DNA from: Ylistrum balloti
Taxonomy: Eukaryota
Reading direction: 5' to 3'
DNA length: 64,000 nt
NCBI RefSeq assembly: GCF_031769215.1
Contig: NW_026782051.1
Location: 496,001 to 560,000 of the forward strand
The position numbers and the translations under genes were made by a program. A model generated the notes under the pieces. It saw nothing but the letters and a program-made list of their open reading frames with translations. It did not search any database and was not told where the DNA came from. Numbering within the stretch: the first letter of the stretch is position 1; every line of letters starts with the position of its first letter. Below, one piece after another: positions 1 through 11,799 of this stretch.

Positions 1-3000
1 CAGAGTATGAAACCGATACGTCCATATTGCTACTCGTTGGCAGAGATCTCATTTCGGCGCATCATGTGTTGGACCAGCGAACTGGACATGAACGTGAACC
101 ATATGCACAGAAATTAAAATTCGGTTGGGTAGTTGTAGGTGAATCGTGCCTAGGTCTCGTTCACAAACCTGCGGTCATAACTGTGAGCAAAACGGTCGTT
201 TTACCGGATGGCAGACCTACTCTCATGGATCCGTGTCCGAATTACTTCAAGGCTCAGTTTGAAAAATCCGATGATAAGTTGCCAATTGGAACGGTCATAT
301 TTCAGAGAACAAAATTCGATGATATTCCTGGTTACTCGCAACAGGATAAGGAATTCATGCGTGTCATGGAAGAGGAGTTTATTTAGGACGAGTACGGTAA
401 TTGGAGTGCATCGTTACCGCTAAAAAAGAACGACCTACTTTGTCAAACAATATGGATCAGGCAAGGCATCGCGCAGAAAATCTACGGAAGTCGTTACTGA
501 AAAATCCTACTAAGCGCGAACAGTTTTGTGCGTTTATGCAAAAATTTTTTGACAAGGAGCATGCAGAGGTAGCTCCCGAGTTACAAGACGGCGAGGAAGC
601 ATGGTATCTACCGATATTCGGGGTTTATCATTCCCAAAAACCCAACAAAATCCGAGTCGTGTTCGATTCGGCTGCAAAGTTTAATGGACATTCGCATAAC
701 GACATTCTCATGACAGGTCCGGATCTCATAAACAATTTGGTTGGTGTGTTAATGAAATTTAAGAAGGAACGAATTGCGATTATGGCCGATGTTGAACAGA
801 TGTTCTTCAACTTCTATGTACACAAGCGTGACAGAAACTTTCTACGTTTCATATGGTTTCAAGATAATGATCCCACACAACCGCTAAGGGAATTTCGTAT
901 GTGCGTGCATGTGTTTGGCAACTCGTCTTCTCTGTGTATCGCCACACTTGGATTAAGGAAATCTGCTTGAGATCATATCGATTCTTCCGCGTGCGACGAG
1001 GTGTGTTGTTTCGTCAAAGAGAGCTTCTACGTTGACGATGGATTGACCTCTGTATCTGACGAAGGTCACGCAGTGCAGTTGTTGAGAGACACTCAAGCTC
1101 GATTACAGCAAAACGGAAACATTCACTTGCACAAGTTCTCTTCGAACAGTGTTGATGTCTTAAGGCAGTCTCCAATAGAGTATACCAGCGAAATTTGCGA
1201 TATGGACTTCGATGATATTGTTCATAGGAGTCTCGGACTACGTTGGAAAGTCGGTTGTGATACGTTCACGTTTAGTGTTTCTGATGAGGCGAAACCGTTC
1301 ACCAAACGAGGCGTACTTTCTACAATACATAGTGTATTCGACCCCCTCGGCTTTGTGGCACCAGTTATTCTCGGAGGCAGACTATTAATGCGAAATGTGT
1401 TATCGTCAAAGGATCTCGACTGGGATGACCCTTTACCTCCGGACTTGAACTCTGATTGGAAGAAATGGAGGTCTTCGCTTAAAGATCTGGAACAGTTAGA
1501 AATTTCGAGATGTTACTCCAATTCGTCATTGAAAAAGGCAATTCGTCGTATTCTCAGACGCGGCAAAGGATGCTATAGGTGCAGTAGCATACATGAAAAT
1601 TTATGACGTACAGGAAAATGCTTCTGTTGGATACGTTCTTGGCAAATCGAAGGTAGCGCCTTCCCACGGACATACCATTCCAAGACTAGAACTGTGCGCG
1701 GCTGTTCTAGCTACTGAACTCGGTCTATTCATATCCGAACACGTCGATGTTGTGTTTGACGCCACCTACTACTATACCGACAGTCAGGTAGTACTAGGGT
1801 ATATATTTAACGACACGCGCCGTTTCTTCGTGTATGTTGCTAATCGGATTGACAAGATTCTGAAGTTATCTTCCAAACAGCAGTGGAGTTTTCGTGTCTA
1901 GTGAATGTAACCCTGCCGATAGTGCGACGAGGCCAATGCGTGCGAAAGACGTTGGAAAGCCAGTGTGGTTGAACGGACCCGTTGACATCATGAGTGATTT
2001 GCAAAGTTCGTATACAGACCAAGTATTTCCGTTGATCGGTAACGACGACAGTGAAATAACGTTCGTCAAGGAAACAAATGTCATGAAAACTCACGTTCGG
2101 AAGGACGTCGCTCTCGATTCTGACCGTTTCGCGAGATTTTCGTCATGGACTAGGTTGGTTAGTGCAATAACCTTACTGAAACAAGTCGCGCATCGTCATC
2201 ACAACGGAACAGACAATCCAGACGTGTTGCGTTTTGTTAACGATTCAAAGAACCTCATACTGAAGGTTGTTCAACAAGAGTTTTATTCGATGGAAATCGA
2301 CTGTTTACAGAAAGGACTGCCGTTAAACAGAAACAATTCTTTGTTGAAATTGTCGCCGTTTCTAGTCGACGAGGGGCTCCTGAGGATTGGTGGTAGGATT
2401 CAGAATAGTGACATTGACTTACCTGGAAAGGATCCGATCATTGTCCCAGCAAAACATCACGTGGCTACTCTAATCGTGAGACATCACGAGAAATCGGAAC
2501 ACCAAGGCCGACATATTACGGAGGGTAAAATACGTTCTTCTGGTTATTGGCTAGTGGGAGGAAAGCGATTAATTTCCTCTATTTTACATCACTGGGTCGT
2601 GTGCAGGAAACTCCGAGGAAATTTTGTGGAACTAAAATGTGTACTTTACCGAAGGCTCGTTTGACACTATGTCCGCCTTTCACTTACATTGAATTGGATG
2701 CGTTTGGGCCATGGAATGTGCGCGCGAGAAAAACTAGGGGAGGACAAGCTAACGCAAAACGTTGGGCTATAATATTCTGTTGCATGGTATCGAGAGGGAT
2801 ACATATTGAGGTCGTAGAGGAGATGAGCACATCTTCCTTCATTAACGCACTGCGGAGATTCATCGCGCTCAGAGGACGGTAAAGCACATTAGGTCGGACA
2901 AAGGATCTAACTTCGTAGGAGCCGTTAAGGAACTTAACTTGAATGTTATTGACGTCGAGGACAAAGCCGTGAAAGACTTTCTTTGAGAGGAAAGCATCAC

Positions 3001-3610
3001 ATGGACTTTTAATCCTCCATATGCCTCCCATATGGCCGGATCTTGGGAACGGCTTATTGGTACCGTTAGAAGGATTCTGGACAGCATGTTGCGTAATACT
3101 GACACTTTACATCTCACGCATGAAGTGCTTACGACTTTTCTAGCCGAAGCGTGTGCTATAGTGAACCAGCGACCACTGGTACCCGTATCTGACGACCCTG
3201 AAAACCCAGTGGTATTGTCGCCAAGTACACTTATTAAACAAAAGACTGACGTTCCAAATGTAGATCTAACCTTGGTAGACTTCTCAGTGAAAGACATGTT
3301 TCGATCCTAATGGCGATGTGTTCAGGTATTGGCCCAGAAATTTTGGAACGCGTGGAGAAGAGACTATCTACAATCGCTACAAACGCGACAAAAGTGGAAT
3401 CACGAACGTTCAAACTTGAAACAAGGTGACATTGTTTTGCTGAAGGATCATGACTCTCATCGTAATAACTGGCCAATGGGAATTGTTGAATGTGTTTTCC
3501 CTAGTCACGAAGGTCTTGTTCGTAAAGTCAGAGTTAAGACAATTCGTAATGGACGATCGGTTTCGTATATCCGTCCTATTACTCAGTTAGTATTATTGAT
3601 GGCAGAGTGA
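1..3610 (+). mobile_element. BEL/Pao LTR retrotransposon, internal pol region (RT, RNase H, integrase, C-terminal DUF5641-like domain), frameshifted and 5'-truncated by the window edge
   Basis: Consecutive ORFs carry Pao-type motifs: KIRVVFDSAAKFNG and ADVEQMF (401-970), FYVDDG (1001-), KSKVAP..TIPRLELCAA..YYTDSQVVL (RNase H, 1593-1901), integrase HHCC region then IELDAFGP...GSWERLIG, and QKFWNAWRRDYLQSLQTRQKW...WPMGIV (3329-3610). Many stops and frameshifts. Confidence 0.95.
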
Positions 3611-3776
3611 ATTATTGTGTTGAACATTGACAGCGATAAGTGAATTTTGTTGCTTAGAGACTTTAGTTGATTGTTATTCAGATAAGTTGTGATATTACAT
3701 ATTTTCATCGGGTTATAAATAATATGAATGTTTACAGGGTTTAAATGTAGTAGTGATTTAGCAATCAGGCGAGGAA

Positions 3777-4146
3777 TGTAGTGAAACGCTAGTTTTATAT
3801 TGTCTGTCCGCTCTAGTGTCAGGTCAGGGTTCAGAGTTCATTCTTTGTACGTCGTGGAAAAATGCATCATAGGATATGTTTACGTGAAAGTCCAAAGGAA
3901 ACAGACGTGCAAATTTGGCAAGGCTTATGTGACCCATGAGGTTGGGGCGCAAGCTAGGTGCAACATGGAACCCCTACACTGTGTTTGGGGTGATTATGGA
4001 CTATGGCTATAGGAACTAGGAACTTTGTATATGTAATAAAGGAACCAATTAAAGGTATTTAGAATCTGTATTTCGTTTGAACTCATTCGACATCAAATCT
4101 CGGACTTATTATTGTTAGATAGTCTTATCAGTCCTGTTTCGACACA
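3777..4146 (+). mobile_element. 3' LTR of the BEL/Pao element (about 370 bp), preceded by a polypurine tract
   Basis: Purine-rich CAGGCGAGGAA ends at 3776, directly followed by TGTAGTG at 3777. AATAAA occurs near 4035 and a plausible ACA terminus at 4144-4146. The right boundary is inferred because the 5' LTR lies outside the window. Confidence 0.65.
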
Positions 4147-4575
4147 AGACGTGAAAACGAAAGATAAAAAAAAATAGATTTAATACCAGATTATAGAGCT
4201 CGTGTTTCTGCTCATAAAGCTAAGCAACACGCAAATTGAAAATATTAAGACAATTCTCGTTCTAAGTTTTACACAAAAATTGATAGATCTAGCGTGTTTC
4301 TTTGACAACTATCATTATATATTTTCCGCTTTGTCATAGCAGTACAGTAAGGACCATTTCAATCGTTTTATCACAAAATTATTATTATTATTTGCTAAAA
4401 TCACTGGGTATGTCTTTGTTTGCAATTGCCATTTCTAGCCTTATAATATTGATAATCCAATATTTTTTATCATTGATGTATTATTTCATAGGACAGAACT
4501 AAAAAAAAATAATTATATGTCAGATGTAGGTTTTGAGTTGTCAGTCATGTTCACTAACATGGTTTTTGTATTTCA

Positions 4576-6158
4576 GTCAACATCAACAGCATCATCACAT
4601 TCATCATCCTTAAGTCAACATGATAGGGACAGTCCAACCTATGGAAGAGGTAGAGGTGGCAAGAGAAGAGGAAGAGGTGGCCATAGCAGAGGATGTGGAG
4701 TCCGAGAGACTCGGGGAAGAGGTCAAGAGACATCAGCAAGTAGACCTCGAGGCAGAGGGCGAGGAAGGGGAAGGACTAGAGGGACACGAGCAGACAGTGC
4801 TGTTGATGCCCTTCAACAAAGGAGGCAGACGTTAAGGGTTTGTATGGATTTTACATTAGGAGTACAATTCCTTTTTCAAACCAATTACAATATATATAAA
4901 CAGCAATGCAGGTTTTATGCCCCTAACATGAAGTTGCAACCTGGGCAAGTGCTGACACTTGCCATTTATTGCGTCTTCATTGGAAGAATGTATGGAATTA
5001 AAATGTGTATACATATGTAGTATGAAAAGATGTAGGTCAAGTTATCTGGTATGCTTTGTTTCTGTAATTCTTTTTTTCTCGAGTTTTCATTTTTCTACAA
5101 TATCTTCATTTTCTGAAAGCTTGATATTGGGACAGGGCACTACTGAAATATGAAATGTGACATTTTTGATGAGATACAGGACTAGTTAATGTATTGTTTA
5201 TAGTTGACCTATGTTTTATTGTTGTATTTGGCACTTGCAGAAAAAAATTCAGGAAACTCAATAAATGCTCATTTTCTCTGCACTGGATAGGGGCATAGCA
5301 TGGAAAGTTGATATGTAGTTGTATATTGTTTATATAAGTGTAGCAAATAACCACGTGTCACACCAACCTATACTGTATCTGATGTACAATGGGTATTACT
5401 GTATTTATTGGACATAGTTTAATAGTAATTTGCTAATAATACATTTGATTTTATATATATATATAGAACAGAGTTAATGAAATGGAGGCTGCAGATGCCA
5501 TGTCACTACTTTTGCGGGTAGTTGAACGCTTCTCGTCAATGGTCTTTGATCTTGTGGAAGATGCTGGAGCAGCTGGAAGTGGAGGATATCACCCACCACC
5601 CGGAGCAAATTCACCTCCTTGGTGCTCCTTTGGAAACTGCCGGGAAATGCCAACAGCGCCTGAACGCTTGTGTTGCAGGAAGGATCCAGCAAACTGCATA
5701 ACCAATCTGCCGGTAAGACCTAGTTTTATGTGATATAAATTCATCCCTTTATACTTCTTTCCAATAATTAGATTAATCCTTTGGTTTGGTTTGCGTTTTA
5801 CCTTTTTCAATGCAATTTGACTTCTTTGATCAGTTGATGACCTAAATAAATCTTAACATGCAGTATGCCTGGTCAAGTTACATTTTCTCCTCAGGACTTT
5901 CAAGTGTTGGTGTTGGATGAAGCGGTTTTGGCACTAGCAAGATTATACCGCCAGGATACGTTTGCCTTGCCAGAAGAGGAAGACTGGAACAAGGCAAATC
6001 GACATGCTGCATACAGACAATACATTTTTTGGCAGCTTGGTCGCCTAGGAACAGGTGATCGCCGCGTTATACCAAGTTGTGCCGTTTGGAAGATCCGAGA
6101 AAGGTATCCGGACCAATTTGGACAATACACTGGTTTTAAGGCTTCACGCTTGGCATAG
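4576..6158 (+). CDS. Spliced P2X7 cytoplasmic ballast-like (Zn-coordinating Cys domain) protein with an RG-rich N-terminal part; probable Kolobok accessory gene (KolX-like); 5' exon missing
   Basis: Exons about 4576-4835 (RGRGRG-rich), 5467-5713 (ends CCG|GTAAGA) and 5895-6158 (after TTCTCCTCAG). Spliced product: PPWCSFGNCREMPTAPERLCCRKDPANCITNLPDFQVLVLDEAVL...RHAAYRQYIFWQLG..RRVIPSCAVWKIRERYPDQFGQYTGFK. This matches my recollection of the P2X7 C-terminus (WCQCGSC..LCCRKKPGACIT..RHCAYRCY..ILPSCCRWRIRKEFP..GQYSGFK). Confidence 0.85.
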
Positions 6159-6288
6159 TTCTGGGCGTTTCGTTTTAAAAATAATGTTGTGATTGTTTTG
6201 ACATAACATACTTTGTGTGTACACAATGACAACAAATAAATCTTTTCATTTTATTGGATCGTTTTGTTTTATTTACTGTATTTATATA

Positions 6289-6464
6289 CAGTGTAACCTG
6301 TCTAAACCGGCCCCTGTGTAATCCGGATCACTTTCTATTTCGGCCTTATTGTTTGGTACTGGCATTTCAAAATCTTAGCAATAGTTACCTCTATAAACCG
6401 GACACCTGTATAAACCGACCAAACGTTTGTTCCTGATAGCATTTGGTTTAGAAAGGTTATAATG
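6289..6464. mobile_element. MITE (Tc1/mariner-type, TA target), 176 bp
   Basis: TA|CAGTGTAACCTGTCTAAACC at 6287 and an imperfect inverted copy GGTTTAGAAAGGTTATAATG|TA ending at 6466. Confidence 0.65.
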
Positions 6465-6749
6465 TATATATAAATTTTAAAAACTCTTTGCAAACTAATT
6501 TCATCAGTACATTTGTGGAATAATGATGATTATTGGTATGGATAACACATGAAGTACAATTTTGGTTTACAAATGCATTTCTTTACACAGACAACATTGA
6601 GAGAGAGTCCAATTGGACATGCACATAAACAAAATATCTATGAAGTGTTCATCCACAAGACACACAAGCTAAGTACAATACTATAACCTTTTCATTATCT
6701 GGACACAAAAGTAATTGTGAAGATCAGTTACTAGACTGCAATGGGGTGT

Positions 6750-6925
6750 GCTGATATCAATGGGTTAGGCTGATGACCATGGATTGTTGACATTACTGGG
6801 TTAGGCTGATGATCATGAAGTGTTGACATCAATGAGTTAGGCTGATGACCATGGAGTGTTGACATCAATGAGTTATGCTGATGACCATGGAGTGTTGACA
6901 TCAACTGGTTAGCGAGTGTTGACGT
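6750..6925. repeat. 36-bp tandem repeat, about 5 copies, between the two convergent Kolobok genes
   Basis: Unit approximately GAGTTAGGCTGATGACCATGGAGTGTTGACATCAAT; it generates the repetitive ORF 6731-6928. Confidence 0.9.
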
Positions 6926-8171
6926 CATCTTTATGTTTATTGAAGATAATTTTACTGTTGGACATCGTAAATGAATATTATAAGGACCAGTATCTTATAA
7001 CACTAAGGTTGAGGTAATATTAGGAATAAACATATGTACCATTACACAAAGACATCAATGTATGGACACATCAGGCTAGAAAATCAGGAGACAAAGTCTT
7101 GTATTTTTTTTTCCGTTCATTTTAAACGGGACCTTTTCTTTTCTACCAGCTGGGTGGTGGGGGAACATCAGCAAGAACCGCCGATATCCTTCTGGGATCT
7201 TTTGGGTCCAGGGGTTTTGGTTTTGACATTCCAGTTCGATCTGCAATTCTCTTCTGGACAATCAGATTGATGAGCCCCTGGATATGTGGGTACGTCTTTC
7301 CCACTTTGTATGGTACAACTGACCAACGGGCACGTTTTTTGTTGTATATCCTGTGGTACCTGTAAGAAATGCCAAAAATGAAAAAACATATTTTCCTACT
7401 GAAAATCAATGTTAATTTCAATCACTCAAGCAAACAAATTTCAGTAAAAATTTGCCAATCATATCGTAAAAATTACAGTGGTCATCTGGTAGCATGCAAA
7501 GGAAGCATTGTAAGATTTCTTGGTTTGATTGTTATGAATAATTTTAAAATATTTACCGGATGGAACCATCTTGGTTCTTCTGGATTTCTCTGTCAAGATG
7601 GGCATTGTAATCCAATGCTGCCAGGAAATTTCTTGCCCGATATACTGGAGGTGTATACGCAAATCTCTTACTGGCATACATAAGAATCAGTTGATGGAAA
7701 TTTTCCAGTTCGGCTGTACTTCTGGAAAGAATATAAAGATAAAGTAACAACACTAAATGTAAATCCATCCACATGTATGAAATAAATATTTTTGACAGAT
7801 GAACAATAGAGCATTTGTTATAATGTATCTCTCAATCACAGAGATTTCACCTAAAAGGTAGCTCTCATAGATCATGTCACCAATCATACGCAAAATACTG
7901 ACAGTAATAATAATCATAACGATACAAACCTGAAATTCAGGTAATATGGTATCTTGTTCAGAAATGGTTTGTACAGGACCAATTTCCGCAAGGTCACATG
8001 TGCATCAGTCCCTTTCTCCAAGTACCTTTGGTCACCTTCACCTGTAGTTAGAGGACCATGTGCACAATCTGTCACCCCTGAGTCTGTGTAGGGCACTGTC
8101 CAAGAATGCTCATCCACTACGTGATGAAGTATTCCACACCAGCTTCCCTGTTATAACAGACTTCATTATTA

Positions 8172-9691
8172 TACTCGGCGTCAATGAAAACGCAACACCT
8201 TTAAATTACTGTCAAAATTTACCAGTTATAGTTTTGAATACAATATTTAATAAAATACCTAAAAGTTGATTATGTCCATAACAAAATTCACTCAATGCAA
8301 TCAGCACTACATCATGGGAATACTTTGATTTCGGTGACTAATGTCCATACCCCCAAAATCAAAATTACCACGTTCAATATCTAATGTGGCCACCATTTGC
8401 AGCGACACAAGCGCGGCATCTTCGAGGCATAGACCGAATAAGGCGTTGAATTTTGATTTGAGGAATGTTCCCCCACTCTTCCTGAAGAGCGATTTCAAGC
8501 TGCCGACGCGTCTGGGGCTGTTGTGGTCGCTCTCTCACAGCCCTACCCAATTGGTCCCAAAGATGCTCGATCGGACTAAGATCCGGGGAAAACGCGGGCC
8601 ACGGAAGGGTTGCGATGTTCTGATGTTGACGGTAGTCTGTAGTGATACGAGCGGTATATGGTCGTGCATTGTCCTGTTGTAATAACGCTACGTTTGGGTG
8701 TCCAGCAAAGAATGGAACAACAGCAGGAGTTAAGACCTCGTTGATGTAGCGCTGTGCTGTTAGATTGCCGTCAATAATTACTAGAGGGGTACGGTATGCA
8801 AAAGAGATACCTCCCCACACCATCACACTGCCGCCGCCCCACCTATCCGTTTCCGTTACACAGCAGTCCAAAAACTTTTCACCTCGACGTCGCCACACTC
8901 GAATTCTATCGTCATTTCCTCTGAGGCGGAATCTCGATTCGTCGGTGAACAGGACGCCAGCCCACCGACGTTGGGTCCATCCTCGGCGCTGTCTTGTCCA
9001 ATTTAGATGATTTTGACGGCGAATTTGAGTCAATTCGTTTCCTCTAAATGGACGGCGCGACGCCAATCCGGTTGTGCGAAGGCGACGGCGCACAGTAATA
9101 GCTGACAAACGTCTGCCATGACTTCCTATCGTCTGTCTAGCCGTTCTTGTCGCGGTTTGAAAACGATCTCGCAGGTGACTTAGTCGAATGTAACGGTCCT
9201 GGTTTGGCGTCGTCACTCTGTCGCCCCGGACGAGGTCGATCTCTCACGGATCCGGTTTGTCGCACTCGTTCTGCCAGTCGATTGATTGTGGAAGCAGAAC
9301 AACCCATTCTCCTGGCAACTTCCATCTGAGAAAGCCCTCCTGCCAGCATACCCCGAGCTTCGTGTCTTTCATTGTCTGTCAGTCGAGGCATTTGTAGCAA
9401 ATAATGATGACAATTTAAAAGATTGATGACGGAAAAAGTCTGTAACTACAGTGTTCACTAGTAGTGACTGAGCAAGGATATAACGCACTTTAGAGCGCCG
9501 ACGTGCAAACTCATACTTTTACGACAATGCCCTGTGGTACGACAAGGAGTTGATATTACTCGACCATTATTTCGTTAGTTTTGTAGTGCATTGTGTTGTG
9601 GCTAAATACAGCAGAATAAGAATCTAATCCTTGTTGTGAAGAATATGTTATGTCCAAAATTTTAGTGTTGCGTTTTCATTGGCGCCGAGTA
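8172..9691 (-). mobile_element. Tc1/mariner element, 1520 bp, full length, inserted in a Kolobok transposase intron
   Basis: 27-bp TIRs TACTCGGCG(T/C)CAATGAAAACGCAACAC with one mismatch; TA duplication at 8170-8171 and 9692-9693. Confidence 0.95.
8374..9391 (-). pseudogene. Tc1-family (DD34E-type) transposase with one frameshift near 9215
   Basis: MPRLTDNER..HTH..RPRPGRQ, then a frame change to TTPNQDRYIRL..VLFTDESRF..LLQQDNARPY..SPDLSPIEHLWD; the catalytic D, D and E are retained. Confidence 0.93.
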
Positions 9692-9887
9692 TATTACACT
9701 ATATAATAATGCAACAGTATGTTTTATTTGAAATAAACACATCCTGATAGGATAAAGAATTTTTTATACAACTAAGCAGACCAATACTTCACCTCTTTAC
9801 ATTTTGATACACCATAACATACTAATATGTATATCAGGTATCCCTATTCTCCCAATGACAGTAGCTATATAATAATTGACATATGAA

Positions 9888-10320
9888 AATATCTGGACGC
9901 CGTGTTCTATTTCACTGATAATAACTGCTTTTGATTCTTGAAAAAGACGCTCTAGAGTGTCATCCCAGCAAAATGAAGTTCCAGGTTTGAGCAGTTGTCT
10001 GAATGCTTGCATCCTTTCAGTCATGCTGAATGCATATGACACTTGATTTACAAGGCCGAACCAAGATATCATATCAGTTATGTTCTTAGGTGAAGGGAAG
10101 TCCAGAATTGCTTCAAGATAACGGCTGCATGGTCGCACACTGTCACGAGTAATTTCAAAGCCAGCAAACAGAACAGTATCTTTTGCAAACACAAATTTGT
10201 CTGGATTCAGAATGATATCATTTTTTCCACAGGTTTCTAGCCAATTGCACGATTGAAAGAAACTTTGCTTGATACTGTCCGACCAAGGAAGAGCATCATC
10301 TATACACTTTGTTTTGATCA
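9888..10320 (-). mobile_element. Gypsy/Ty3 reverse transcriptase fragment without LTRs
   Basis: KCIDDALPWS..ILNPDKFVFAKDTVLFAGFEI..FPSPKNITDMISWFGLVNQVS..LLKPGTSFCWDD, i.e. RT palm-thumb sequence. Confidence 0.85.
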
Positions 10321-11430
10321 GAAATGACAGACAGTTCTGGAGGCGACGTTTAAATGTGGATTGGCTAAAGATTTTGCAGCTTCAGCTTCATACGTACCTC
10401 CATCATAGGTAAGTAGGCCGATACTATTTTCAGATAACTTTATTATCCAAAATGATGGAGGTCTGAAACATACAAAAAGTAACATTGTAAATAAAATCAA
10501 CTATCTGTTGGTAAGACATAAGTAATAGACTAACAAATAAATACATAATCCTCTAATATATGTATATCATATAATACATGTAGAGTATGTATTCACATAA
10601 CTCAACCTTATTAGAAAGACACAAACACAAAGAACAATTTCAGGGGCTAGACTTGTTGTGTCTGACAATTTAAAAATTGTGTGAAAATGACATACATTCC
10701 CTCATAATCTAAGCCTAAAAATATCATAATGACTGTAATTTTTAGTGTCTATGATCAATTTATTTTGATACAAATAAAAGACAACATATATCAAATCATG
10801 AATGTATCTTGGTATGGACTAATTGACCTGTATTATTACGTCATAATTAAACAATTACCTCAATGTGGTGTCACGACTGGGTCCCGCTGGTTGGTCGGCT
10901 CTCGCGATCGTAGTTTCATAACTGTATAACGAGATGACACACTTTGAACATGTATTTTAAAAAACCCGCAAAATTTACGTTCGCTTTTAGCTTAATTGCT
11001 GTAATAAAAACCCTACATTCAGAATTCCCCATTGGGTGCCCTATTTCTCTTTCACATTCACTGATTCAGACCCATGGAGGCCAATATTGACAGATTTCGG
11101 TTGTGTACAGGCCTTCAGTATCTTTCATTAATTGCATATCGACATCCATTACTTATACATTAAGTAATTAAAATGCTCCACTTTGGCTTATCGGCTATTT
11201 AATTTATGAAACTTCAAAGTGAATTGACTGTCTGAACTAACCTGTCAAGTAGCACCTTGGCAAACTGTGCATCTGATTTGCTCCCCTGGCTTTCTTTCAG
11301 CTTTTGCCATCTGTCTGTCATGTCCTCCAAGTAAATTCTCGTCCAAGCAAAGTTCAATTCACGCATTCTTTTCCTTTCTTTCCCTGTGCTTTCAGTTAAG
11401 CGAGTCTTAGGACCCCTTCGCTTCGGTCTA

Positions 11431-11483
11431 GAGTCCGCCATCTTTGTTATGATTTCTGAATTTTCCCGCATCGCGCATGCGCA
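11431..11483 (-). promoter_or_regulatory. Putative internal promoter of the Kolobok transposase: NRF1-type palindrome plus YY1-like start context
   Basis: GCGCATGCGC at 11473-11482, about 30 bp upstream of AAAGATGGCG, which contains the ATG at 11441. Motif match only. Confidence 0.35.
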
Positions 11484-11799
11484 AAGACATTGTTTACACT
11501 TTCCGAACAATAATGATATGAATTAGTATTGGGTCATTCCTATTTATTTTTATTTTTTTTTGTTTTTTGTTTTTCAAAAAATGGTTTTGCAAACTTTTGA
11601 ATTTCATAATTAACAGAAAGTGCATAACTTTCAACATACTTTTAAATGTTATAACATGTTTTACCGGTTATGAAATGAAAATCTAACCATTTAGTCCCTT
11701 TAACACAAGATATTGAAATGGTACGTCATAGTCTATTATATAGACCAACATATTTCAGGTAATGTAGAATTTTACAAATCTCAACAGTTTCAAAAGGGA

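Larger units (their letters stand above)
7117..11441 (-). pseudogene. Kolobok-type DDE transposase, spliced and disrupted
   Basis: Exon 1 11441-11242 (MADSRPKRRGP..RIYLEDMTDRWQKLKESQGSKSDAQFAKVLLDR|GT). C-terminal exons 8147-7930 (WCGILHHVVDEHSW..CAHGPL..YLNFR), 7721-7557 (STAELENFHQLILMYASKRFAY..RARNFLAALDYN) and 7359-7117 (YHRIYNKKRARWSV..PPPP, frameshift, QLVEKKRSRLK*), all with in-phase GT/AG junctions. The central catalytic exons are largely missing. Confidence 0.75.
4147..11699. mobile_element. Kolobok-type DNA transposon (decayed; left end not in window, apparently displaced by the BEL insertion)
   Basis: The right terminus reads ...CATTTAGTCCCT|TTAA (11700-11703), i.e. TTAA followed by AGGGAC on the minus strand, which fits the Kolobok TTAA target and purine-rich ends. 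It contains a minus-strand spliced DDE transposase and a convergent plus-strand Cys-rich accessory gene. Confidence 0.7.

Noticed and set aside
2684-3476. Minus-strand ORFs over the BEL integrase, and similar antisense ORFs over the Tc1, LINE and ZNF regions
   Set aside because: Shadow frames of recognised coding sequence on the opposite strand.
4046-4062. TTAAAGGTATTTAG as the left Kolobok terminus
   Set aside because: It matches the right end (AGGGACTAAATGG) poorly and lies inside the inferred BEL LTR.
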